This document shows, piece after piece, positions 43,201 to 55,400 of a stretch of 64,000 nt of DNA. How positions within the stretch are numbered: the stretch's first letter is position 1; every line of letters starts with the position of its first letter. This DNA is from Lytechinus pictus (lineage: Eukaryota): assembly GCF_037042905.1 (NCBI RefSeq), contig NC_087263.1:11410001-11474000 (forward strand). Reading direction: 5' to 3'. The position numbers and the translations under genes are program-made. The notes beneath the pieces were generated by a model. The model did not search any database. It had not been told where the DNA came from and worked only from the letters and a program-made list of their open reading frames with translations.

Positions 43201-46200
43201 ACCCTTTTAAACCATGCTTTTAACACCAAACTCATATTCCCCAGACAGATATTAAACAAACTATGTCCTTTTATAAGTAACATCAGACATATTTTTACTC
43301 CATTTTTGGAAGCCATCTTGTAATTTTGGACATACTAGACCACTGACTGCCATTGTCTTGTCCTAATATATAATTTGACCCTTGAAACCATAGTTTAGAC
43401 ACCGAAATCATATCTCACAGCGGATTTAAAATATGCTATGCCACTTTTAAGTATCAACAGCCATTTTAGAATCAAGTTTTGGAAGCCATATTGGATTTTT
43501 GGTCATACCAGACCACTGACTGGCCTTAAAACCTGTCCTAATGTATTTTTTTGGCCCTTAAGCCAGTGGTTTAGACACCAAAATCGCATCCCCCATTCCG
43601 ATATGAAATAAGCTATGTCCGCTTTAAGTAGCAGCAGTCAATTTAGAATCAATTTTTGGAAGCCAACTTAGATTTTTTGACCGACCAGGCCACTGACTGT
43701 CCTTGTAACTTGCCCTAATGTATTAATTGATCCTTGAAACTAGTGGTTTAGACACCAAAATCACATTTCCAGGCCGATATGAAAGGAACTTTGTCCGCTT
43801 TAAGTATCAGCAGCAAATTTTTAAGACCAATTTTTGGACGCCATCTTCGATTTTTGGACATACCAGACCATTGACTGTCCTTGTAACTTATCCTTATATA
43901 TTATTTGACCCTTGAAACCAGTGGTTTAGACATAAAAATCACATATCCCAGGCCAAAATGAAATGGGCTTTGTCCGCTTTAAGTATTAGCAGCCATTTCA
44001 GAATCAATTTTTAGAATCCATCGAGGATTTTTGCACATACCAGACCACTGATTTTCCTTGTAACTTATCCCAATGTCTTATTTGACCATTGAAATCATGG
44101 TCTAGACACCAAAATCATTATGTCCCAGGCGGATATGAAATGAACTATGTCCATTTTACTTATCAACAGCCATTTTATACTCCATTTTTGGAAGCCATCT
44201 TGGATTTTTGGACACACAGACCACTGGCTGTCCTTGTAAATTGTTTCAATGTACTATTTCACCCTTAAAAACACTGAATAAAAAACAAATTTAGATGAAT
44301 TGTGGATTTTCAGCATACGGCAGCCATTTTGGGCGCCATCTTGGATTTGTCTGGTACACTGGAGGGCTTATAATGCATTCTAGCCTAAATCAATTTTTGT
44401 ACCCCCAGACCATGGAATATGAACCGAAATAGTATTCTAGGGTGGATAATGTGTCAGTTGTATCCATTTTCAGTGAATGGCGGCCATCTTGGACGCCATC
44501 TTGAATATAACCACTTTCCCGGATGCGGATTTTGGTAGATTTTTAGTATGTTATCCCTGAGGTCAAATAGTACAAAATACCGTTGAAAAATCATTTATTG
44601 CAATTTGTTCCGGGTAAGGCTATTTTTGGTCGTATATTGACCCGTCTACCAGAGGTTGAGGCACCGGCTCGATTCTCGGCAGAGGCATTAATATTCGGCA
44701 TAAAAACCAATTTTTCCAAGAGGCAGATAGCTCTGAGGAACCTTGATTTAAGCCACGTCTTTCACAAAATATTTAAATACAAGAGTTGCCAAATTAAGCT
44801 GATGTACATGTATAATTTGTGTGTGTGTGTATGTGTGTGTATATATATATATATGAGCTTGATTCCAAAAGGGGCTAAATCCACTTTTGACCAAAATTGA
44901 TTTTTTGATAGAAATATATGTATCTTAGACCTTGGAATCAAATGCAACATATCGCATTTGAAAAAAAAATGGAAAGATTGGTAAAAATTGATAGAAAATT
45001 TGAGTTTTGTTCCAAAAGAAGCTAAATCCACTATACGGTTATTTAAAATTGGTTATCGGCGTTCCTATTGTACATTAAGTTCATCACTCATTTTTTTTAG
45101 GTACATGTTATAAATACAAGTTCGCACCATAAGTGCAATTTTTGGTGAAAATAACAGAATTTTACAATTTCTATGAACATTTTTGGATTTAGCTCCTTTT
45201 GGAATTAGATATCGAAAAATTACTGTCCTTAGAAAGAGATGACAAAATATCATTTTTTTAATTGTAATTTTCAGTGGATAAACATCAGAAAAGATGTGGA
45301 ATGTACTCTGCTGGCCATATTTACGTGTTTCGTGTTCAATTTCCAATATCAAACATGTTTAAATTGGCTAAAATTGACATTTTACCAAGTTTTGTTCCAA
45401 AAGGAGCTAAATCCATGAAAAATAAAATTTCAAAAATTGTTTAAAAATTGATAATGAATGCAATTTTTAGAAATCGTTATTTAATTAATCTAACATGATA
45501 GTACTATCATATATATATCAAAATAGAACAACAGTGGCTAAGGGAAAGTGGTGAATTAAAAAACCTTGATTTACAGAAAAACACCAAAAGAGGATCTAGC
45601 TCCTTTTGGAACAAAACTCTTCATATATATATATATATGTGTGTGTGTAAAGTTATACATGTACAACAGCTTTGGCAACTCTTTTATTTAAATATTGTAA
45701 AGAAATGGATGAAGAGAACAATGGTAGGCGTAGCTTAAATCAAGGTTCCCCAGAGCTATCTACCCTTTGGAAAAATTGGTGATGCCGAAAAAATGTCTCT
45801 GCCGGGAATCGAACCCGGGCCCCCAGCTTTGAACGCCGGTGCCTTAACCACTAGACCACAGAGACGGGTTAGTGGCTAGGGCGACCCCGAACCGTTCTCT
45901 TCGTCCATTTCTTTACAATAATTAAATAAAAGAGTTGCCAAAGCTGTTGTACATGTATAACTTTACACATTTGTATACTTTCTCCCATACGTGTACTGTA
46001 TCAAAGCAATATCGTTGATCCAGCTTAAGTATGGCGGCTTGTCATTGTTCGAAACCCACCTTCACCCGACAAAGGAAATTATAATTGGTATAGTGTCGAA
46101 AATCTGTGTATCTGACGGTCAATCGGTTCGGGGTCGCCCTAGCCACTAACCCGTCTCTGTGGTCTAGTGGTTAAGGCACCGGCGTTCAAAGCTGGGGGCC

Positions 46201-49200
46201 CGGGTTCGATTCCCGGCAGAGACATTTTTTCGGCATCACCAATTTTTCCAAAGGGTAGATAGCTCTGGGGAACCTTGATTTAAGCTACGCCTACCATTGT
46301 TCTCTTCATCCATTTCTTTACAATATTTAAATAAAAGAGTTGCCAAAGCTGTTGTACATGTATAACTTTACACATTTGTATACTTTCTCCCATACGTGTA
46401 CTGTATCAAAGCAATAGCGTTGATCCAGCTGAAGTATGGCGGCTTGTCATTGTTCGAAACCCACCTTCACCCGACAAAGGAAATTATAATTGGTATAGTG
46501 TCGAAAATCTGTCTATCTGACGGTCAATCGGTTCGGGGTCGCCCTAGCCACTAACCCGTCTCTGTGGTCTAGTGGTTAAGGCACCAGCGTTCAAAGCTGG
46601 GGGCCCGGGTTCGATTCCCGGCAGAGACATTTTTTCGGCATCACCAATTTTTCCAAAGGGTAGATAGCTCTGGGGAACCTTGATTTAAGCTACGCCTACC
46701 ATTGTTCTCTTCATCCATTTCTTTACAATATATATATATATATATATATAATGAGATGAGGTCAACTCAAAAGATGATGCAGGAAACCATTCTTATAGCT
46801 TTAGCTTTCGTCTTTATTAAGACTTCGTCAGAAGCGGTATCTACTACTTTCGAAAGAAGTAGATATAGTCCAGGAAAGGTCCCATAGAAAATTGACTCAA
46901 CCTTGTTTTTTCATACATACAATATTTTTTGATGGTTTCTTGTAAATTCGAGGGTGCTGATTACGAATCTGAATGATGCCACTCGTGTAACCTTGGGCAT
47001 TTTCCGCAAATTGGCCAAATCCAATAAGGCCGCCAAAATATGCAAAAATTACCCATGAAAATCATAAAATTGCCCACACTCTCAAATAATAAATGTTAAC
47101 TAAACATATGAAAGGTTGGAGGAGTGACAACATTTTCTAAATGTTGCATTTACCACTTTAAATGGTTCTACCCAACACTTAAAATGTTGGATTCAGCTTT
47201 ATACAAGGTTGGATGTAACATTTGGAAAAGGTTGTCACTCCTCCATCCTTTCAAATGTTGATTTAACATTCGATTTTTAGAGTGCACACATTGGCTCTAA
47301 AATGCATGAAATTGTGTGGCAGGAGTTAAATACTCTCTGAAAAAAATATTTTTGACAAAATATTTATTTTCTGGATATTCAAAATGGCCGCGATAGGCCC
47401 AGGCCTGTATACTCTATTATGTACAATTAGAATAGAGAAAACTAATTTTCACAAAAATGAGCACTAAACGGCAAGAAATCGTAATATATGAACGAAGTAA
47501 TGTATGCAAATCATCATTACTAACGAAATATATAATTCAATATGCCATGTATGTGATAAATGCTGTATTTTGAAATTCAAAATGGCCGCAATAGGCCCTA
47601 TATTTATTATGTACAATGCGAATGGAAAAACTAACTTTCACAAGAGTAAGAAACATAAAATGCAAGTGATTGTGATCTACGAGTAAATATTGTCTGAAAA
47701 CATGTTTTATAGCGATACATATCATTTATTTTGTCATGCATGAAATAAATGCTGTATTGTGAAATTCCACATGCCCCCTAAAGGCCCTAACAGTATTATC
47801 TACAATGTAAATGGGGACATATAATTTTGTAAGAATCTGGATTTGCTTGACCATGACATCTATATAATCCTGTTGCATGAGTAAAATATTTTTTGAAAAC
47901 ACAATTTTTATAAAATATAGCATTTCTTTTGCCATGTAGGTGATAAATACTGTATTTTGACATTTAAAATAGCCGCTACAAGCCCTAACTAGATTATGTA
48001 ACATGCGTATAGGGAAATTAATTTTCACAAAAGTGAGAATCATAAAATGCAGGTAACTGTGTTGTACGAGTAAAAATATTGTCTTAAACATGATTTCAAA
48101 CTTAATGTATCACATATTGGTCATGGAGGTAATAAATGCTGTACTTGAAATCCAAAATGACTGCCATAGGTCCTAAGAGTATTATGTACATTGTAACTTG
48201 GGACATATAATTTTGACAGAATTTTGCTTTGCTTGAATATAAATATTGCATACACTCTAAAAAACGAAGTGCTAATTTAGCTCTTAAAGAGCGTGTATAG
48301 TGACTGCACTTCGGAGTGCTGATTTTTTAGTTCAAATTTGGACGAGAAAATCAGCACTCCGAAGTGCAGTCACTATACACGCTCCTTAAGAGCTAAATTA
48401 GCACTCCAGTTTTTAGAGTGTATAATTCCTTGTGATGTAAGGGTGAAATATTGTCTACAGCTATGGTTTCTAACGAGATATATCATATCTTGTGTAATTA
48501 AGGTGATAAATGCTGTATTTTGAAATTGAAAATGGCCTCCATAGGCCCTTATTATATACAATTTGAATAGGGACATAAAAAGGGCATATGGCGGTCATTT
48601 TGAATGTTGAAATACAGTATTTATCACCTAAACTACATAAGATATGGTATATTTATATAATATTGACGGGTCTTGAGGGGAACATCAAATATATTGCCAG
48701 CAAAAGAATCATATTGGCCCGAGTCTTTAGACGAGGGCAATATGGGTCTTTTAAGGGCAATATATTTGATGTTCCCCGAAAGAAGGGCAGTCAATATTTT
48801 TATTATCATCCAAATCAGATATCTAGAGCAAAAATCATGATAACAGTGATATCTTTTAAGAATAGAGTTCTGCTGTGTCATGATAATATCAGTGTCTAGG
48901 CTCTGCACTTTACCATTATGACGTACTTGCAAGCGCCCAGATCCAGCGTTGTCTTTATTATGACGTAGATCGTTGGTGCGCGGAACATTATGAAGCGTAT
49001 CACTTCATTCGCATCCTCAAAGGCCCGGATGTGAGACCAGGGAAAATACAAAGGTATATTTTGCGTCGTCTCTGCATGCAAAGTCAATACGCGCATTGAG
49101 ACCGAGGAAAATACAAACAATATACCTATCCCTTCCTGATAATAATAAAATACAGGGAAATACGGTTTTGTAAATGACCAGCTCAGATGTCTGATACGGG

Positions 49201-51889
49201 TGATAATTCGTTATAAATCATGTTTTCAGACGTTATTTAACTTATACAACACCATTTAGTCAAGCAAAGCCAAAATCAGTTGAAATAATTTGTTCCAATT
49301 CACAGTGTACACCGTATGGGCCTGTAGCGGCCATTTTGACCTAACTGGCAGAATAAATGATATATCTTATAGAAATTATGCTTTCAGACAATATTTTACT
49401 CATAGATCACTATTACCATTACGTGCATTTGTGGTGCTCACAGCTGTGAATATTGGTTTCCCAGTTCGCATTATACATAATACAGTCAAAGTCTATGGCG
49501 ACCATTTTGAAAGTAAACATACAGTATTTAACACAAACTTGAAACCTTAATGATATATTTCGTTAAAAATATGTTTTTAGACAGTATCCCATTAATATAT
49601 CACATACGCGCATTTTAGTGTTTATTTTTGTGATTTCTTTGGTCCTCTTTTTCATTGTACATATTAGGCCTACTGTTAGGGTCTCTGGCAGCCATTTTGA
49701 ATATCAAAATACAACATTTATCACAAACATGACAAATTAAATTATATATTTCGTTAACAATTATGTTTTAGTTAGTATTCCACTCGTTTATCTTAATAAT
49801 ATTTATTTTAGTGCTCACTCTTGTGGATTTTTTGGTCACCATCGCCATTATACATAATACTGTTTTGGCCAGTGGCGGCTATTTTAAATATCAAAATACA
49901 GCAATGTTCCCATACATGACATGATAAATGATATTTCTCGTTAGTTATGATGATTTGCATGCATTACTTCGTTCATATATTACGATTTCTGGCCGTTTAG
50001 TGCTCATTTTTGTAAAATTAGTTTTCCCTGTTCATATTGTACATAATGTAGTATACAGGGGCCTATGGCGGCCATTTTAAATATCCAGAAAATAAATATT
50101 TTGTCAAATGTATATTTTTTCAGAGAGTATTTAACTCCTGCCACACATTTTCATGCATTTTACAGCCAATGTGTGGACAATTTTATTATTTTCATGGTAA
50201 TTTGCATATTTTGGCGGCCATATTGGATTTTGCCAATTTGCAGAAAATTCTCAAGGCTACACGAGTGGCATCATTCAGATTCGTTATCAGCACCCTCGAA
50301 CTGACAAGAAACCATAAAAAGATATTGTATATGAAAAAACAAGGTTATGCCTCTTCTATCCTGGACTTTACCGCTTCTGACGAAGTCTTGATAAAGACGA
50401 AAGATAATGGTTTCCTGCGTCATATTTTGAGTTGACCTCATCTCATTATGTTTCATACTCACACCTCAAGAGCGTTTGGTACAAGAAAACTTGTCAAGCA
50501 TCATAAAATTTACTGTATCTTATGTTATATTATCTTATCATGACGAATTCGATATCAAACAAATGAGCATATCATGCCCCGTCATCACATTTCTTTGTCA
50601 TCAGGACCTGAAAAATATTTAGGTGTCATTTTCCAAAAAAATCTTGATATTTTAGACAAATTAAGAACAAAAACTTAACTAAAAAAATCATATCTGTGCT
50701 ATTTACTTCTCAGCAAAAACATTTCTGATTATACTTTTTTCTTCAGTGGGGACATATCATGATATAAAATGTAGTTTATTGTAGATTGCAAGAGACTAAT
50801 TAAGTAAACGGGGGCGGCGCAAACAAATCTGATAGTGCTACAATATTGTCGCGGCAATATTTGACAGGAAATTAAATTTTGTAGATATGCTTTCAAGTTT
50901 CAATCATGTTTAATTTTTCTTTCCTTTTTCAGTAAACATCGAATGACCCTCACATTTCTTTAACTACACAATTGGTTTCGATTTGCTTTAAGCCCAGCGC
51001 TCCCAATGCGATGCGATTGCACCGGAACACATTGCAACAGCTCTGCAACGCGCTTCATCTCCATGGCTCCTCCATTCACTAGTGCAGGGCCAATTCGATG
51101 CATGGCATTTTTCGCCCTCTCTGAGTTGCAAATACCTGAACTTGGGGTTACAACATGCTCATCTCAGATTTTCAGATCTCAGTGTCAAATGAAATTCAAA
51201 ATTTGATACCTAACCTTGACCAATTATCGTTCTTCAAACAGTTCAACCTCAGCTCTGAAACAGTTACACCAAATTAGGCCAGTCAAAAGCCCGGCGCACA
51301 CTAAACGATCCGAACCCAGGGGAGTGTTTCATCAACATTTTCATCCGACAAGTTGTCAGATCTGACATCTTTCTCTGATGTTGATTGGCTGAGAGGTACT
51401 GTTACTATGGTAACTGTCGGATAAAATGGGACTTGTCGGATAAAACGTCCGACAAGTCCTTTCATGAAACGCCCCCCGGATGTCAATGATGTGATAATCC
51501 TACAAGGGTTGCATCAACATTCATTGCAAAGCACCTTTTCAATGACTTACATAAGAATTGTTTTGATAAGCACTGTTTAGTATCAATTCTCTTTTTTTTT
51601 TCGAAAACGGATTTGCACATGTGTTTGCTAACTCATGTAGGATTATGACATCAATAGCAGCTGGATTCAAATTTTACATAACAGTAAAAATACTTCAATT
51701 ACTTCCTTCAATTGGAGGTTTTGGGGTGGCAGGTTTTTTGCACTCCATCATATGAGAAATGCGAAAGAAGTGATTACACAAATAATGCATGTTTGCATTG
51801 CCACCATGTTCGTGAACAGATCATTTTGGATGCTCTAAGAACATGTTGGTGATGCAAACATGTATTACTGTGTAATCACTTCTTCTTTT

Positions 51890-51929
<40 letters not shown>

Positions 51930-52366
51930 TTTCCTCACCTCTGGTCTACCAATGGTTTCGCGCCTCGATCACGGGCGGCTCATCAGGACACTGAAGCTAC
52001 TTGGATTTGGTGGGGGCCCTCGGTTTGGGCAATGGATGCATTTCACGGTCCGAATGGTTCCGTAGTTTTGCTCCCTAACATTCAAAATCCATGTCATTTT
52101 CATCATACTCTCAACCGAAGGTCCGAACTAATCAGTACATGCCGTCACAAAAGAAGGAACAAAGAACCGCCGGACCGTGAAATGTATCCATTGCCCCAAC
52201 CGAGGGCCCCCACCAAATCCAACTAGCTTCAGTGTCCTGATGAGCCGCCCGTGATCGAGGCGCGAAACCATTGGTAGACCAGAGGTGAGGAAAATTTCTA
52301 CAACGCTCTGCTTCAGTTGAAACATCGAGCACTTTCCCTGAACTTGATACATCCCATTTTAATTTG

Positions 52367-52404
<38 letters not shown>

Positions 52405-55400
52405 TATATGGCACCGGCGTTCAAAGCTGGGGGCCCCGGGTTCGATTCCCGGCAGAGACATTTTTTCCAAAGGGCAGATAGATTCAAGATTCAAGATTTA
52501 TTAAAACATATGATCGCAGCTTGTTAAGCTGAATTGACAAATGTTTTACAAAATAGCATAAAAATATACATAAAATCAACAAAAAAAGTAATGTTACAAA
52601 AGAGTCAAGAAATTACAAAAAACAATTACGGTATAAGCATGATAATAATGAAGTGATCTTAGTTTTGGAAAGCTTTTAAAAAAGTACATATGTTGGAAAA
52701 AAAATCACTAAATATAAAATTATTGTGATGTAATATGGGTTTAAAGAAGAATTGAAAGGAAATTTGTTGTAACGGCTTTAAGTAGATTCAGTATTGACAA
52801 TTGAAACCTTGATTGGAGGCCAGAAGTTTACACCCAGGTAATTCAAAGAAAAGTTGACACTTGCTAAACAATATAAAATTTTCTGTATCTTATCTTATCA
52901 TGACGAATTTGATATCAGACAAATGAGTATATCATGCCACTTCATCACATTACTATGTCATCAGGACTTGAAAAATATTAGGTGTCATTTTTTCCCAAAA
53001 AATCTTAATATTTTAGACAAATTAAGAACAAAAACCTGACAAAGAAATTCATACCTGTGCTAGTTACTTCTTAGCACAAACATTTCATATTACACTTCTT
53101 TGTTTAGTGGTGACATATCATGATATCATAGATTTGTCATTTATATATTTCTATGAAACGATGTTTGAAAATGTAATAATCATTTGGTTCGAATTTTACG
53201 TTTTCTTAAAAAAAAATCCACCTGAAATGTACTTCAATCCCAACGGCATCCAAATCATGTAAAAGAGCTTAAGGACGTTCCACAGTTAAAATGAAGTCCA
53301 TGTCATTTTCACAAAATTTTGCAGAGAGTAACTTTGGTATCTATGCATTATGAAAATGCAAAAAATAATATAGGTTCATGCGCTTATTTTTTTTCTACGG
53401 GTCTTCAAAGTCGTCGTATTTGAATGATATGCAATCTTGCGCAGTCAAGAGAATGTCTCTCTTAGACCTCACAAATTCACCAAATGAGTTAAAATTATCT
53501 TAACTCAGTGGACACCGCATCAGACTTCATCAAATTTTCAAGATATCGAACTAAGTGTATACCAAAGTAAGAGAAAGTCTTTTAATTGGTAAAACTATAT
53601 CTATCTGGAGTTAGCAGCGCCCTCATTTGGAAATAATGGTGCAATAACTCTGAAAAAAAAAATATTCAAAGACATGAATCTACTCAAAAAAGTATTTTGT
53701 AAGCTGCACTTTTTTCAAAATCCATGTCATTTTCATCAAATTCGGCTAAATTGTAGAGGAATGCATATCGAAGGTGTAGGGAAGTTAAAAATATGGGGTC
53801 CATGTGCTCGTTTTTTAACTATGAGTGTCCAAAGTGATGCGAGTTGGCATGAAAATCACCAAAAATTTCGCCCAAAACGTGCAAAAGTGTAATGATGCCG
53901 TCTAAAATGCGAATTGTTCCGTACTTTTGCCCCCAAACATCCAAAATCCATGTCATTTTCATCATACTCTCTAGATTTGTAGAGGAATATATTATAAAGG
54001 CATTAAAATATTAAAAAATATGGGGTCCATGTGCTCGTTTTTAAACTATCAGTGTTCAAAGTGTTGCGAGTTGGCTTGAAAATATTGAAATCCACCTGAA
54101 ATGCGCCGAAAACGTGCAAAAGTCTAATAATACCGTCTAAAATGCGAATGGTTCCGTAGTTTTGCTCCCTATCATTAAAAATCCATGTCATTTTCATCAT
54201 ACTCTCTAGATTTTCAGAGAAATAATTGAATATTATTCTGATGACGTTAAAATATTAAATATATGGGGTCCATGTGCTCGTTTTTTAACTACCAGTGTCC
54301 AAAATGTTGCAAGTTGGCTTGAAACAGTCTATAATACGCCTAAAACGGGCAAAAGTCTAATACCGTCCAAAATGTATAAAATACGAATGGTTCCTTAGTC
54401 CTGCTCCCAAACATTCAAAATCCATGTCATTTTCATCATACTCTCTAGATTTGTAGAGGATTTTATTTTAAAGACGTTAAAATATTAAAAACATGGGGTC
54501 CGTTTGCTCGTTTTTGAACTATTAGTGTCTAAACGGTTGCGAGTTGGCATGAAACAGCCCAAAAATGCGCCGAAAACAAGTAAAAGTCTGATAATACCGT
54601 CCAAAATGTCTAAAATACGAATGGTTCCGTAGTTCTGCTCCCAAACATTCAAAATCCATGTCATTTTCATCATACTCTCTAGATTTGTAGAGGAATATAT
54701 TCTAAAGACGTTGAAAAATTAAAAGTATGGGGTCCATGAGCTCGTTTTTGTCTCGCCTGCATAGCAGAGCGAGACTATAGGCGCCGCTTTTCCGACGGCG
54801 GCGGCGGCGGCGGCGGCGCACAGTGGGCCAGAATGAACCCAAAGTGCGCCAAAACCCATTATTCACACATTTGTATGATTAAATTTGGTAGATAGGGGTA
54901 ATTTCACCCGTAGAATTCAATAAAAGTATTTTCAAATATTGATGACGTCGTTAAAATACTGTTTTCTGATTGGCTGTTAACATTTGAGAAGAAATTACAT
55001 GTTTCTAATTCTACAATAAGTTTCAAATTTTCAGAAACTAGTTTTAGATAAATTTCAGCAATAATTAAGCATATCAGCAAACAGCAAACACACAAACAGG
55101 CAACCAAACCAGAAAAGTCTTTGCTCGGGGTACAAATAATTCAATTGGTGACCTGAGTATCGCTTAAAGAGGGCGTCCTACCATGAATCCGGAATTGTAA
55201 AATTCAAAGTGAAATTGTAAAAAAAAAATGAAAAGGGAGTATTTTTATTCCCTGTGTACAATGATTAACCACACCTACATGAATTAAAATGGATTGATAC
55301 CAGAAGTGGACAGTGAAATCTTTAAAATAATGATTCCAGTGATTAGAGGCCGGGTCCTCTGCAGGTTAATCAGTACAAGGCCCTACAAGGCCTACCAAGA

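Larger units (their letters stand above)
45645..46730. mobile_element. 405-bp repeat family: an inverted partial copy plus ~2.1 tandem copies between (TA)n/(TG)n tracts (Penelope pseudo-LTR-like arrangement)
   Basis: 45645-45893 is the reverse complement of part of the unit; the period is 405 (46153 vs 46558). Other family fragments at ~40960-41000, 41135-41302 plus 44649-44815, and 52410-52480. Confidence 0.8.

Noticed and set aside
46153..46224. tRNA-Sec
   Set aside because: It has a 4-nt variable loop and a 7/5 fold rather than the long variable arm and 9/4 fold of eukaryotic tRNA-Sec.
46425..46475. Hammerhead in the 405-bp unit (CTGAAGT...GAAA)
   Set aside because: The core is not CUGANGA, five extra bases precede GAAA, and the other copy reads CTTAAGT.
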